From positions 1,756-65,755 of the forward strand of contig JAZLHL010000012.1 of assembly GCA_045616765.1 (NCBI GenBank): 64,000 nucleotides of DNA, read 5' to 3'. A program made the position numbers and the translations under genes. The notes below the pieces were generated by a model that searched no databases, was not told where the DNA came from, and was given only the letters and a program-made list of their open reading frames with translations. The stretch's first letter is position 1; each line of letters begins with the position of its first letter. The DNA comes from Acutalibacteraceae bacterium. GTDB lineage: Bacteria; Bacillota; Clostridia; Oscillospirales; Acutalibacteraceae. Below, in pieces: positions 51,570 to 61,490 of the stretch.

Positions 51570-53480
51570 TCAAAGAACCATATTGTCTATTTCTTCTTTG
51601 ATGAATGCCTTGAAATCCTCAACGCCCATAGAGCCCTTGTCGCCGTCTTTTCTGCTTCTTACGGAAACGGTGCCCTCCTCGGCTTCCTTATCGCCCACAA
51701 CGAGCATATAGGGGATCTTCTGCAGCTGAGCATCGCGCAGCTTGTAGCCGAGTTTTTCGCTTCTGAGGTCGACCTCAACTCTTATGCCTGCTTCGTCAAG
51801 CGTTTTCTTTATAGCCTCGCAGGTTTCCTGATGGCGGTCGGCTATCGGTAAAATTCTGACCTGAACGGGAGCGAGCCATGTGGGGAACGCACCTGCAAAA
51901 TGCTCGGTGATAACGCCGATGAATCTTTCAACAGAGCCGAACACAACTCTGTGGATCATAACGGGGCAATGCTTTTCGCCGTCTGCGCCCGTATATTCAA
52001 GGTTGAATCTGCCGGGAAGCTGATAGTCGAGCTGAATCGTACCGCACTGCCATGTTCTGCCGAGAGAATCTTCAATATGGAAGTCAAGCTTCGGGCCGTA
52101 GAATGCGCCGTCGCCCTCATTTACGATATAGGTCTTGCCGACTGAGGTAATTGCATCCGCAAGAGCGTTTGTGGCTATTTTCCAATCCTCCTCGGAGCCC
52201 ATATGGTCCTCGGGCATGGTGGAAAGTTCAATGGTGTAGGGCAGCTTAAAGACCGAGTAAAGCTCGTCAAAGAGCTGTGCTATTCTTACGACCTCGTCAC
52301 GAATCTGCTGGGGAGCGAGAAGAATGTGAGCATCGTCCTGAGTGAAGCAGCGAACACGGAACAGACCGTGAAGCGCACCGGAAAGCTCATTTCTGTGCAC
52401 TCTGCCGAGCTCGCCGTAACGCAGCGGAAGCTCCTTATATGAATGGGGCTCAAGGTCGTAAACAAGAATCGAGCCGGGGCAGTTCATGGGCTTGATGGCG
52501 AAATCCTCATCATCAATAACGGTGGTGTACATATCGTCATGGTAATGCTCCCAGTGACCGGAGGTTTCCCAAAGGCTTCTTCTCATAATCTGCGGAGTGG
52601 AGATTTCAAGATAATCCCATTTTTTGTGTACCTTGTGCCAGTAGTCAATAAGGGTATTGCGCAGTACCATACCTTTCGGGAGGAAGAAGGGCATACCGGG
52701 GGCTTCATCGCGCAGTGCGAAAAGTCCGAGCTCCCTGCCGAGCTTTCTGTGGTCGCGCTTCTTGGCTTCTTCGATTCTTTCAAGGTATTCGTCAAGTTCT
52801 GCCTGCTTCGGGAAAGCAATGGCGTAAATCCTCTGCAGCATCTTGTTCTTTTCGTCGCCGCGCCAATATGCGCCCGTGCAGGATGTAAGCTTGAATGCCT
52901 TTATTGCGCCCGTGCTCATAATATGCGGACCTGCGCAAAGCTCGTTGAACTCGCCCTGCTTGTAGAACGAAATCTTTTCGCCCTTTGCGGCGTGCTCCTC
53001 AATAAGCTCGTACTTGTAAATCTCACCGTTTTCCTTGAAATAGTCAAGGGCATCCTGCGGCTCCATTTCATAGCGTTCAAGGGGCAAATCCTCTTTAACG
53101 ATTTTCTTCATTTCGGCTTCGATTTTTTCAAGCACATCGGGAGTAAATGTAACCTCGCTGTCAAAATCGTAATAGAAGCCGTTATCGATAGCCGGACCTA
53201 TTGCAAGCTTGGTTTCGGGGTAAAGTCTTTTAACTGCCTGCGCAAGAATATGCGAAGCGGTGTGCCAGAAGGTCTTTTTGCCGTCAAGGTCATCGCCGAA
53301 GGTAACTATTTCAAGTGCGCAATCCTCGGTAACGGGGGTACGCAAATCGCAATACTCGCCGTTGATTCTGCCGCCGAGTGCCGCTTTGTAAAGACCCATA
53401 CCTATGGACTTTGCGATTTCCGCTATGGTGATGCCGCTTTCAAACTCCTTAACATCATCACGAAGCGTAACTTTAATCAT
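51570..53480 (-). CDS. thrS: Threonine--tRNA ligase
   Basis: A TGS N-terminus, the editing domain (HTASHILAQA) and class II motifs are present. ATG 53480 follows an AAGGGTGG RBS. Confidence 0.95.
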   Translation of the reverse strand: MIKVTLRDDVKEFESGITIAEIAKSIGMGLYKAALGGRINGEYCDLRTPVTEDCALEIVTFGDDLDGKKTFWHTASHILAQAVKRLYPETKLAIGPAIDNGFYYDFDSEVTFTPDVLEKIEAEMKKIVKEDLPLERYEMEPQDALDYFKENGEIYKYELIEEHAAKGEKISFYKQGEFNELCAGPHIMSTGAIKAFKLTSCTGAYWRGDEKNKMLQRIYAIAFPKQAELDEYLERIEEAKKRDHRKLGRELGLFALRDEAPGMPFFLPKGMVLRNTLIDYWHKVHKKWDYLEISTPQIMRRSLWETSGHWEHYHDDMYTTVIDDEDFAIKPMNCPGSILVYDLEPHSYKELPLRYGELGRVHRNELSGALHGLFRVRCFTQDDAHILLAPQQIRDEVVRIAQLFDELYSVFKLPYTIELSTMPEDHMGSEEDWKIATNALADAITSVGKTYIVNEGDGAFYGPKLDFHIEDSLGRTWQCGTIQLDYQLPGRFNLEYTGADGEKHCPVMIHRVVFGSVERFIGVITEHFAGAFPTWLAPVQVRILPIADRHQETCEAIKKTLDEAGIRVEVDLRSEKLGYKLRDAQLQKIPYMLVVGDKEAEEGTVSVRSRKDGDKGSMGVEDFKAFIKEEIDNMVL

Positions 53481-53494
53481 ATATACCACCCTTT

Positions 53495-53750
53495 CAAAAG
53501 TTGAAAATATTTACAATATAAAAAATAATGCTCCACCCCGATATACGGGATGAAGCATATACTCCACGGTTCCACCCGAATTACGGCTTGCGCCGTCACT
53601 CAAACGCCTTAACGCGGCATACGGCGGCACTTGTTTCGCGCCGCACTCGGAAGTGGTATTCGGGTAATGCGTTTTCGCACCTTTCACCTGCCGGTGCGCT
53701 CTCTGAAAAACGGAATTTACCGTACTGTCTTCGTCAACGATTTTATAATA
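53495..53750 (-). promoter_or_regulatory. T-box riboswitch leader (threonine) upstream of thrS
   Basis: On the minus strand: an AGAGAG / GGTGAAA stem-I signature. ACC triplets are present in ...CATTACCCGAATACCACTT... The T-box sequence is AATTCGGGTGGAACCGTGG (53582-53564). The terminator is CUUCAUCCCG-UAUA-UCGGGGUGGAG followed by CAUUAUUUUUU. Confidence 0.8.
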
Positions 53751-53761
53751 TTATTTACAGA

Positions 53762-54751
53762 TTATTCTTCGTTATTTTCGGCTGCAGCGGGCTTTCTGGG
53801 CTCGATTTTGCCGTATCTTGAAGATGCGGCGGCATCGACCTTCTGCTCTCTGGGTTCTGCGGAAGTCTGCGGAACATAAGGGGCGCGTCTTTCGCGTCTG
53901 TCGCCGCGGCGTTCTCTTGAATAGCCGCCCTTACGCTCGCCGTCTGCGGGAGTGATGACAACGCGCCTTCTGTCGCCCTCGCCTACGGAGTGCGATGTAA
54001 CGCCCTCGACCTCCTGAATGGCGGTGTGGATGATTCTGCGCTCGTAAGGATTCATCGGTTCAAGTGCCGAGCTTCTGCCATATTTAATTACACGGGCAGC
54101 CTGCCTCTTGGCAAGTGACTTTAAAGCTTCCTCGCGGTGCTTTCTGTAATCGCCTACATTAAGAGCAACGCGCTTGTTGCTGTCTTCGGAGCGGTTTACA
54201 AAAAGTCTGGTGAGGTACTGCAAAGCATCAAGTGTCTCACCGCGTCTGCCTATAATGTTGCCGTAATCCTCGCTGCAGGTGATTTCAAAGTAAATATCGG
54301 TTTCGGTTTCGCGAGCTACGACCTCGGCATCGGCAAAACCCATACCCCTGATAATTGACTCAAGGTATGCGGTTGCATCGGTCTTTTTCGCTTCTATTGC
54401 GGAAAGGTCGATTTCCGGCTCCGCGGCAGCTTTCGGCTGCTCTTTGACTTCTTTACTTTCCTTTTTGGGCTGAGGTTTCTTTTCAGCCTTTTTGGGAGCC
54501 TCTGCGACAGGCTTCTTTTCAGCCTTGGGTGCAGCCGGCTTTTCTTTTACGACGGGTTTTTCTTCAACGCCGTCATCGTACGATGCTTTAACCTTAGCAT
54601 CGGAGCCGCCGAAAATACCGAGCAGCTTTTTCTTGGGCATTTCTACGATTTCGACTTTAACATCGGCTTCTATCGGAGCGTGAAGCGACTCGATCGCCTT
54701 TTTACGGGCCTCGTCAATAGTCGCGCCAACGCCTATTGCTTCCTTAATCAT
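53762..54751 (-). CDS. khpB: Jag/KhpB RNA-binding protein (Jag_N, KH, R3H)
   Basis: The N-terminus is MIKEAIGVGATIDEARKKAIE. A lysine-rich linker follows. The C-terminus has ...ALEPMNPYERRIIHTAIQEV (R3H). Confidence 0.9.
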   Translation of the reverse strand: MIKEAIGVGATIDEARKKAIESLHAPIEADVKVEIVEMPKKKLLGIFGGSDAKVKASYDDGVEEKPVVKEKPAAPKAEKKPVAEAPKKAEKKPQPKKESKEVKEQPKAAAEPEIDLSAIEAKKTDATAYLESIIRGMGFADAEVVARETETDIYFEITCSEDYGNIIGRRGETLDALQYLTRLFVNRSEDSNKRVALNVGDYRKHREEALKSLAKRQAARVIKYGRSSALEPMNPYERRIIHTAIQEVEGVTSHSVGEGDRRRVVITPADGERKGGYSRERRGDRRERRAPYVPQTSAEPREQKVDAAASSRYGKIEPRKPAAAENNEE

Positions 54752-54761
54752 TTTTTACACC

Positions 54762-55706
54762 TTATTTCTTTTCAATTTCCACACGCTTTTTGGTGTTATT
54801 TTCTTTAGAGCGTCTTAAAACGGTTTCGTCGACCATCTGCTGTGCTATAACTTTCTTTGGGCTGTAAACGCGGGTAAGCACTACCTGCTGAATGAAAGAA
54901 AGCACATTTGAAATGATCCAGTAAACGCCGACACCTGCGGGGAACATAAATGTGAATGCGAGTGACATGAGCGGTGACATAAAGGTCATGCAGCCCATGG
55001 ATGGGTTCTTTGCCATTTCGGGATTCTGCTGTTTCTGCTTAATGTACATAAACACCGCGCTGAGCATAGCGGTAGCAAACGAAAGCAGCGGAATAAGCCA
55101 ATATGCGTTAAATTCTTTAACATTGGGGGTCTGTGTAAGGTCAAGACCCATAAAATTGAACTGCTCTTTAAGAGTCAAAAGAGCGTTTAGTTCTTTGCCG
55201 CTGAGCACTTCGCCGATTTGCTCCTTGAATTCGGTAACACCGTTAAGGATGTTGATTTCAAGCATACGGGAGGTGTTGTTGCCTTTGCCGGAATTGCTTA
55301 CGACTATGTTCATAACACCCTGCAGCTTTGCAACAAGCTCGTTACTGAAGCGCAGAACGCTTGACAGAGGCGTATAAATGACCTCGTAAAGACCTATCAT
55401 AACAATAAGCTGAACGGCGAGGGGTGCGCAGCCCATATTTGAAACGCCGAAGCCTTCACGCTGGTAAAGAGCCTGAGTTTCCTCCTGAATTTTCTGCTGG
55501 TTACCTGCGTATTTCTGCTTGATTTTGTTTACCTTGGTATTAAGGCGCACCTGTTTTGCGCTGTTTTTCTGCTGACTTATGGAAACGGGCAGCAGTAAAA
55601 GTCTGATTATAACGGTAAGCACGAGTATGGAAATAAGGTAACTGCCCGTGATGTTATAAAACAGAGAAAGCACCCAACCGAAAGGCATTGCAAGAATTTC
55701 TCTCAT
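54762..55706 (-). CDS. yidC: Membrane protein insertase YidC
   Basis: ...SILVLTVIIRLLLLPVSISQQKNSAK...IQ.KY... is the typical Gram-positive YidC/OxaA core. Confidence 0.9.
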   Translation of the reverse strand: MREILAMPFGWVLSLFYNITGSYLISILVLTVIIRLLLLPVSISQQKNSAKQVRLNTKVNKIKQKYAGNQQKIQEETQALYQREGFGVSNMGCAPLAVQLIVMIGLYEVIYTPLSSVLRFSNELVAKLQGVMNIVVSNSGKGNNTSRMLEINILNGVTEFKEQIGEVLSGKELNALLTLKEQFNFMGLDLTQTPNVKEFNAYWLIPLLSFATAMLSAVFMYIKQKQQNPEMAKNPSMGCMTFMSPLMSLAFTFMFPAGVGVYWIISNVLSFIQQVVLTRVYSPKKVIAQQMVDETVLRRSKENNTKKRVEIEKK

Positions 55707-55750
55707 TATTTTGTTAATCCTTTCCGAAAAAAGAGCCTCGCACGAGCGAA

Positions 55751-55984
55751 TTATTTGCCCTTTTTCTCCTTTTTGGGGGGAACGGGATCCACTCCGCCGG
55801 GGAACAGAATATTGCAGCGCATCAAACGCAAAACGGCAAGAATACTCCCTTTGAATGCACCGTGAATTCTTATGGCATCAAGAGCATACTGCGAGCAGGT
55901 AGGGTAATACCTGCAACGCGCAGGAAACAGCGGTGATATGCGGCGCTGATAAAAGCCGATAGCCTTTACAAGAAAGTCTTTCAC
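55751..55984 (-). CDS. yidD: Membrane protein insertion efficiency factor YidD
   Basis: [28 protein letters not shown] is the YidD signature. GTG 55984 follows a GGGGAG RBS, 4 nt after the rnpA stop. Confidence 0.8.
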   Translation of the reverse strand: MKDFLVKAIGFYQRRISPLFPARCRYYPTCSQYALDAIRIHGAFKGSILAVLRLMRCNILFPGGVDPVPPKKEKKGK

Positions 55985-55988
55985 GCTA

Positions 55989-56330
55989 TCACTCCCCTGC
56001 GAGCATACCTTCATTTGAAAATATGCGGCGCATAGCCTCGGCAACGGCGGTGCTTTTGCGGTATTTTGTAGAGGAACGCGCTACAAGAACAATGTCGTAG
56101 CACGGCGCAAGCTGACCGCACACCTCTCTGAATGCCGCCCTGAGAACGCGCCTTGAACGGTTGCGCTCAACGGCATTGCCGATTTTTTTGCTTGTAGTTA
56201 TACCGATACGGCAAATTCCCGCGTGGTTCTTACGGTAATAAACAACCAACGCAGGATCAGTTACAGCCTTGCCTCTGTTATAGAGCCTTCTGAAATCGGT
56301 ATTGCTTTTAAGCGTGATGAATTCTGACAC
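55989..56330 (-). CDS. rnpA: Ribonuclease P protein component
   Basis: The 113-aa product contains ...[11 protein letters not shown]... and ...[17 protein letters not shown]... Confidence 0.9.
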   Translation of the reverse strand: MSEFITLKSNTDFRRLYNRGKAVTDPALVVYYRKNHAGICRIGITTSKKIGNAVERNRSRRVLRAAFREVCGQLAPCYDIVLVARSSTKYRKSTAVAEAMRRIFSNEGMLAGE

Positions 56331-56368
56331 TTTACTCCCCCGTCGGATGACCGAACGGTCAGCAGCAA

Positions 56369-56503
56369 TTAATAAGTAAGCTGCTTTCTGCCTTTTTTGC
56401 GGCGGCGTGCAAGTACCTTGCGGCCGTTTCTGTCTGCCATTCTTTTGCGGAAGCCGTGTTCCATCATTCTGTGTCTTTTCTTGGGCTGGTAAGTTCTTTT
56501 CAT
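56369..56503 (-). CDS. rpmH: 50S ribosomal protein L34
   Basis: Below the ORF-track cutoff. Hand translation gives [44 protein letters not shown]. Confidence 0.95.
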   Translation of the reverse strand: MKRTYQPKKRHRMMEHGFRKRMADRNGRKVLARRRKKGRKQLTY

Positions 56504-56631
56504 GATTTTCTACTCCATTCTATTATTCAGGCTGATTATTTACGGAAGTGTGAGAAGTAGCAGTAAATATTAACACCTGTTTTTGATATTTCAATTCGCT
56601 TTATTTTCGTGACCGAAAATATGCACATTGT

Positions 56632-56660
56632 ATTATACAAAAATGCCCTCCACTTGTCAA
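56632..56660 (-). promoter_or_regulatory. Consensus SigA promoter for rpmH-rnpA-yidD-yidC-jag
   Basis: On the minus strand: TTGACA (56660-56655), a 17-nt spacer, then TATAAT (56637-56632). Confidence 0.65.
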
Positions 56661-56741
56661 GTGCTATTTTCTTCCCTTTCGCTTGATATTGGCGAAACAT
56701 TGTGTTAAAATACTAAGGTAATATTTTTAGGAGATGTTTTT

Positions 56742-57569
56742 ATGAGTGAATGTACACACGATTGCAGCAACTGCTCGGCAAACTGCCCTTCCAAAGAGCA
56801 GCAGCCCGAAAGCTTTCTTGAAAAGCCGCATGAACTGTCAAATATCAAAAAAGTTATCGGCGTGGTAAGCGGCAAGGGCGGCGTAGGCAAATCCCTTGTT
56901 ACCTCACTGCTTGCGGTCACTATGCAGCGCCGCGGCTTCAACACCGCCATTCTCGATGCCGATATAACAGGCCCCTCCATCCCCAAGGCGTTCGGCGTTA
57001 AGGAAAAGGCACAGGGCACCGAAAACGGCATACTGCCCTGCAAAACCGCAACCGGCATAAGCGTTATGTCCGTAAACCTGCTGCTTGAAAACGATACCGA
57101 CCCCGTTGTATGGCGCGGCCCCGTTATTGCAGGTGCGGTAAAGCAGTTCTGGACCGATGTTATCTGGAACGATGTTGACTATATGTTTGTGGATATGCCC
57201 CCCGGAACGGGCGATGTGCCGCTCACCGTTTTCCAGAGTATTCCCGTTGACGGCATAATCATAGTCGCTTCACCGCAGGAGCTTGTGGGTATGATCGTTG
57301 AAAAGGCAGTAAAAATGGCTGACCTTATGAACATTCCCGTGCTCGCTTTCGTTGAAAATATGGCTTACTTTGAGTGCCCCGACTGCGGCAAGCGCCACAA
57401 GATTTTCGGTGAATCCGATATAAACGCTGTTGCCGAAAAGCACGGTGTGGCAACCGCCGCCGAAATCCCCGTAAGCAATAAACTCGCCGCCGCCTGCGAT
57501 GCCGGAGCGATCGAGCTCTTTAAGGGCAGCTGGCTTGACGGTGTTGCCGACAAGCTCGAAACATTATGA
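56742..57569 (+). CDS. mrp: Mrp/NBP35/ApbC-family Fe-S cluster carrier ATPase
   Basis: The N-terminus is Cys-rich. The deviant Walker A is VVSGKGGVGKS. The segment ...CPDCGK... is present. An AGGAG RBS is present. Confidence 0.9.
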   Translation: MSECTHDCSNCSANCPSKEQQPESFLEKPHELSNIKKVIGVVSGKGGVGKSLVTSLLAVTMQRRGFNTAILDADITGPSIPKAFGVKEKAQGTENGILPCKTATGISVMSVNLLLENDTDPVVWRGPVIAGAVKQFWTDVIWNDVDYMFVDMPPGTGDVPLTVFQSIPVDGIIIVASPQELVGMIVEKAVKMADLMNIPVLAFVENMAYFECPDCGKRHKIFGESDINAVAEKHGVATAAEIPVSNKLAAACDAGAIELFKGSWLDGVADKLETL

Positions 57570-58681
57570 AAATTTTAGCAGCCTGCGATTCATTCAAAGG
57601 AACACTCACCTCGCCCCAAGCGTGCGAGGTGATTTGTAATGCCTTTAAGTCTGTTTCGCCCGAATACGAAGCGGCGATGTGCCCCGTTGCCGACGGCGGC
57701 GAGGGCACCGTGAATGCCATGGCGTGCGCACTCGGCGGTGAAATAATCACCGTGAATGTGTGCGGTCCGTTTATGCAGCGCGTGGATGCTCACTACTGCC
57801 TTGCAGGCAGTACCGCCGTGCTTGAAATGGCGGAGGCTTCGGGCATAACATTACAGCCTAAAGAGATGCTCAATCCCCTGACCGCCACTACCTACGGCAC
57901 GGGCGAGCTGATAAAAGACGCTGTGAAACGCGGTGCAAAGCGTATAATTATAGGTATAGGCGGCAGTGCCACCAATGACGGCGGCGCAGGGTGTGTGCGC
58001 GCACTCGGCGGCAGCTTTACCGATAAAAACGGGAAAGAACTGAAAGAGGGCGGCGGCTCACTCGCAGAGCTTTATGCTTTCAACTTTGATAATGTTAGAG
58101 AGCTTTTAAAGGATACCGAGCTGCTTGTGGCTTGCGATGTGGTTTCGCCGCTGCATGGCGAAAAAGGCGCGACTATGGTATTTTCGCCGCAAAAGGGCGC
58201 AGATGAAAGCAAAAAAACGATCCTTGAAAACGCCCTTAAACATTACGGCGACCTTATATGCGAAAAGCTCGGCACGAATTACGCCGAAATGCCCGGTGCG
58301 GGCGCGGCGGGCGGTCTCGGGTTTGCGCTTGTGGCGATGTGCGGCGGCAGACTCGTTTCGGGCTTTGATGTAATTGCCGATACCGTCGGGCTTGAAAAGA
58401 AAATAGCCGCGTGCGATATACTGATTACGGGCGAAGGCAAAACGGATTCATCGTCACTTTTGGGTAAGCTCCCCGTAAAAATGGCGGAACTTGCAAAAAA
58501 GCACGGCAAAAAATGCGTGCTTTTAAGCGGCGGCATAACCTGCACCCGGGAAGAACTGAAAAATCATTTTTACTATGCCGAGCAAACGATGCTGCCCGAT
58601 GATACACTTGAAGAAGCTATGGCAAATGCCGAAGCAAGACTGTTTGAAGCGGCAAAGAAAGCCGCAATGGAATTACTATGA
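57566..58681 (+). CDS. glxK: Glycerate kinase
   Basis: The product begins MKILAACDSFKGTLTSPQACE...PVADGGEGT...IGIGGSATNDGGAG. It overlaps mrp by 4 nt. Confidence 0.9.
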   Translation: MKILAACDSFKGTLTSPQACEVICNAFKSVSPEYEAAMCPVADGGEGTVNAMACALGGEIITVNVCGPFMQRVDAHYCLAGSTAVLEMAEASGITLQPKEMLNPLTATTYGTGELIKDAVKRGAKRIIIGIGGSATNDGGAGCVRALGGSFTDKNGKELKEGGGSLAELYAFNFDNVRELLKDTELLVACDVVSPLHGEKGATMVFSPQKGADESKKTILENALKHYGDLICEKLGTNYAEMPGAGAAGGLGFALVAMCGGRLVSGFDVIADTVGLEKKIAACDILITGEGKTDSSSLLGKLPVKMAELAKKHGKKCVLLSGGITCTREELKNHFYYAEQTMLPDDTLEEAMANAEARLFEAAKKAAMELL

Positions 58682-59355
58682 TAAAGCATATTTTAATAGA
58701 CCTCGACAATACAATTATAGATTTTAACGAGTGTGCGCGCCATGCCATGATTGAAGGTTTTGAAAAATTCGGTGCAGAATACACCGAAGATGCCTTTCCC
58801 ACATTCCTGCGCGAAAACAACAAGCTGTGGGCATCGCACGAGCGCGGCGAAATAGACAGAGCGTATATAAGAGCGAACCGCTGGAACATCATTTTCAAAA
58901 AGCTCGGCATAGAATGTGACGGTCCTGCTATGGAAATATTCTTTGAGGATTACATAGCACACAGCGCATACCCTGTTGAATACGCTTATGAGCTGCTCGA
59001 TTATTTAAAGGATAAATATAATCTGTATATAGTCAGCAACGGCTTTCGCGCAGTTCAGCAAAGCAGGATGAAAAAAGGCGATCTGAATAAATATTTTAAA
59101 GCCGTTTTCGTTTCTGAGGATGCGGGCGCACCGAAGCCGTCTAAGGAATTTTTCGATTACTGCTTTAAAAAACTCGGCGGCGTGAGCGTTGATGAATGTA
59201 TGCTTATAGGCGACAGCCTTACGGCAGATATTCGGGGCGGCAACGATTACGGCATAAAAACCGTGTGGTTTGACCGCACCGGCGAAACCCCCGACGGCGA
59301 CAAAATACCGACATATACGGTGAAAAAGCTTGAAGAGATAAAAAATATTTTATAA
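58678..59355 (+). CDS. HAD-superfamily hydrolase (YjjG-like nucleotidase subfamily)
   Basis: Motif I is ILIDLDNTIIDF. Also present are ...SNG... and ...MLIGDSLTADIRGG. It overlaps the upstream gene by 4 nt. Confidence 0.8.
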   Translation: MIKHILIDLDNTIIDFNECARHAMIEGFEKFGAEYTEDAFPTFLRENNKLWASHERGEIDRAYIRANRWNIIFKKLGIECDGPAMEIFFEDYIAHSAYPVEYAYELLDYLKDKYNLYIVSNGFRAVQQSRMKKGDLNKYFKAVFVSEDAGAPKPSKEFFDYCFKKLGGVSVDECMLIGDSLTADIRGGNDYGIKTVWFDRTGETPDGDKIPTYTVKKLEEIKNIL

Positions 59356-59435
59356 AAATAATGGCTTTACGGTTTATTAAACGCTTAATTCACCGTAAAG
59401 TCATTGTCTTTTACTATTCTGTTTTTCGCTCTGCG

Positions 59436-60407
59436 CTAAATGCAGCAGTTTCTTTCAAAGTTTATTGCTTTTGATATATTCAGGTCGCTGTATTCCGTCT
59501 GCTTCGACCAGTATTTTATTACATCAATTATATCGCGCTCGCAAAGCCCGCCTTTTTCCGCGCGCTTCACATCGGCGCAAAGGGCGATATACCCCACCGC
59601 TTCGGCACAGAAGCAGGCACGCGCATAAATATCGCCGTCATAAAGTCCTGCGGTAAGGTAGCGGTAAAGTAAATACGAAAACACGAAGCGGAGCCACGGC
59701 TCATCGGTTTTGTTGAAGCCCTTACAGCTTTCGGCAAAAGCCGCAATTTTTTCGGCATAAGCACTCCAGTTATCATCTATCGGCTCCGTTGTTTTATAAA
59801 ATTCGGAAACATCTTTTGCGGTTTTGAGCGTACGGTCTTCGCCGCAGCAAAATTCACTGCTTTTGACCGCAGCAAGCACATTTTCAATACATTCGGCTAA
59901 AGCTTTGCTTTCATCCGATACGGTATTAAAAAGATTTTCACGAAAAGCGAAAAATGAATCGTAGATTTCGGCTTCTTCGTCTTCGGCTTCCCCGTTACCG
60001 TCAACCGCAAGCGAAAATTCGCCGCAGTTCAGAAGCAGTCTGCACGCTTCCTCGCAGCAAAGGCCGAGACCGCACTCGGTAACATCCGCCGCCCACTCAT
60101 AAAAGCGCGGATGCTCGCGGCAGATTTCGCACAGAAAGCCGCTGCCCGCTTCGGTGATAATATCGCAAAGATTATTTTCATTCAGAAAAGGGCATCTGCC
60201 GTCGGCGCGCATCTTAAAGCAGGGCGAGCCGTCTTCACTCACGGTCAACTCGCCGCGCAGCCTTTCACCGAGAGCACCGCTGTAAGCTGCGTATTTTTCG
60301 GCGGTGTCGCAGTCGACATCCACTTCCCAGCCGATGCAGCAGTTATCGGTGCATTTTTCGGCAATACATTTGAATTTGTCAAAAAAATCGGGTTTTACGG
60401 TTCTCAT
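59436..60407 (-). CDS. FliB-family Cys-rich protein (family annotated as flagellin lysine-N-methylase)
   Basis: The N-terminus is KPDFFDKFKCIAEKCTDNCCIGWEVDVD...GRCPFLNENNLCDI. The family assignment is from memory of similar sequences. Confidence 0.6.
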   Translation of the reverse strand: MRTVKPDFFDKFKCIAEKCTDNCCIGWEVDVDCDTAEKYAAYSGALGERLRGELTVSEDGSPCFKMRADGRCPFLNENNLCDIITEAGSGFLCEICREHPRFYEWAADVTECGLGLCCEEACRLLLNCGEFSLAVDGNGEAEDEEAEIYDSFFAFRENLFNTVSDESKALAECIENVLAAVKSSEFCCGEDRTLKTAKDVSEFYKTTEPIDDNWSAYAEKIAAFAESCKGFNKTDEPWLRFVFSYLLYRYLTAGLYDGDIYARACFCAEAVGYIALCADVKRAEKGGLCERDIIDVIKYWSKQTEYSDLNISKAINFERNCCI

Positions 60408-60408
60408 A

Positions 60409-61098
60409 TCATTCCACCGCGGTAACGGTCAGCACACCACCGTTGACCTTAAATTTGATTTCGATGCCGCCGAAGGTCATACCGTACTCTCGCTGCGCAT
60501 CACTCTGGTATGAGGGGCGCGGGTCGAGCGCAAGCGATTCCGAAAGCGCACCGCGCTTTCCGGGCGGCACTTTTTCGTAAAGTCCGTCGGCAAACACAAC
60601 TTCAAGACGGTAATTTTTATGTTCCTCGGCAAAACCGCCGAGAGCATCGGGTATGCTGTCAACATACGGCAGATACGGCTTGACATCGTAAACGGGCGTG
60701 CTGTTTTTCAAATCGGCGCCGCTGACGAAAAGCACCGTTCCGTTTTCACCGTCGGGCGCAATTCTTTCAAGCTTAACGCAGGAAAGCCCTATGGGGTTCG
60801 GTCTGTTCGGCGAGCGTGTTGCGAAAACGCCCACCCTTTCGTTGCCGCCGAGGCGCGGCGGCCTTACCGTAGGCGACCAGCCGTCCGACTGCGGATTTTC
60901 GGAAAAGCCCCACAGAAGCCACAGGTGCGAATACTGCTCAATTCCGCGCAAGGCGTTACTGTCGCGGTATTTTTCGCAGAACACGATTTTCGACACCTCG
61001 GACGGAGCAAGCCCGCTCTGGCGCGGCACGCCGAATTTGGTGCCGTAATCGTTATAGATTACCGCAATCTGTTCAATTTTCATTTCAGCGTTATCCAT
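60409..61098 (-). CDS. trmO: tRNA (t6A37-N6)-methyltransferase TrmO (TsaA family)
   Basis: ...YGTKFGVPRQSGL...FATRSPNRPNPIGLS... is the TsaA-like beta-barrel signature. ATG 61098 follows a GGGGTG RBS. Confidence 0.85.
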   Translation of the reverse strand: MDNAEMKIEQIAVIYNDYGTKFGVPRQSGLAPSEVSKIVFCEKYRDSNALRGIEQYSHLWLLWGFSENPQSDGWSPTVRPPRLGGNERVGVFATRSPNRPNPIGLSCVKLERIAPDGENGTVLFVSGADLKNSTPVYDVKPYLPYVDSIPDALGGFAEEHKNYRLEVVFADGLYEKVPPGKRGALSESLALDPRPSYQSDAQREYGMTFGGIEIKFKVNGGVLTVTAVE

Positions 61099-61195
61099 AA
61101 ACACACCCCGGATTCGGTATGATTTAATTATTCAATTATTAAAGCAGTAATGAAACAAATTCGATTTGTCGGTGTTTTTATTATATCGCCTTTTA

Positions 61196-61224
61196 TTGAC
61201 AAGAAACGGCGTATATGATAATAT
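61196..61224 (+). promoter_or_regulatory. SigA-type promoter of the small hydrophobic peptide transcript
   Basis: TTGACA (61196-61201), a 17-nt spacer, then TGaTAATAT with the -10 at 61219-61224. Confidence 0.65.
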
Positions 61225-61330
61225 TTCATCGGTACACAAAGTACCCTGAAAGGTGACTATATTCGGTAGGCGGTTAGCCCTCTATTAAGGAGGGCAAAAC
61301 ACTTTTCGCCCTCGGAAAGGGGGCGGTGCA

Positions 61331-61420
61331 ATGGTTACATACGAAGCATTATTCTTATTACTTGCTTTAATTGTGTCAGTGATTGCACTTGTTGTCGATA
61401 TAACAACAAAAAAGAAATAA
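61331..61420 (+). CDS. 29-aa hydrophobic peptide, candidate type I toxin (holin-like toxin / Fst-TxpA-like class)
   Basis: The product is MVTYEALFLLLALIVSVIALVVDITTKKK, one TM helix with a lysine tail. The RBS AAAGGGGGCGG is sequestered in the hairpin CGCCCTC...GGGGGCG. The 5' UTR is about 100 nt and structured. Confidence 0.6.
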   Translation: MVTYEALFLLLALIVSVIALVVDITTKKK

Positions 61421-61490
61421 ACCGCCCGGGCTAATGGTGCGGTTTATTTCTAAACCAAACTCAGGCTAACCGTCTATCGGTCACCTTTCT
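61405..61490 (-). ncRNA. Candidate antisense sRNA (antitoxin) convergent with the toxin mRNA
   Basis: The minus-strand promoter is TTGACA (61524-61519), a 16-nt spacer, then TGcTATAAT (61502-61497). The terminator has a 12-bp stem GAAATAAACCGC / GCGGTTTATTTC followed by CTTTTTTG on the minus strand. The RNA overlaps the last about 16 nt of the ORF and its 3' region. Confidence 0.45.

Noticed and set aside
52443-53504. 353-aa ORF antisense to thrS, and other long antisense ORFs such as 39322-39924, 40659-41300, 20341-20973 and 29936-30496
   Set aside because: All lie within clearly identified genes on the opposite strand. They lack RBSs and have no recognisable motifs.
56504-56741. oriC / DnaA-box cluster in the rpmH-mrp divergent spacer
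   Set aside because: No TTATCCACA or one-mismatch variant was seen by eye. The spacer is explained by two ordinary promoters.
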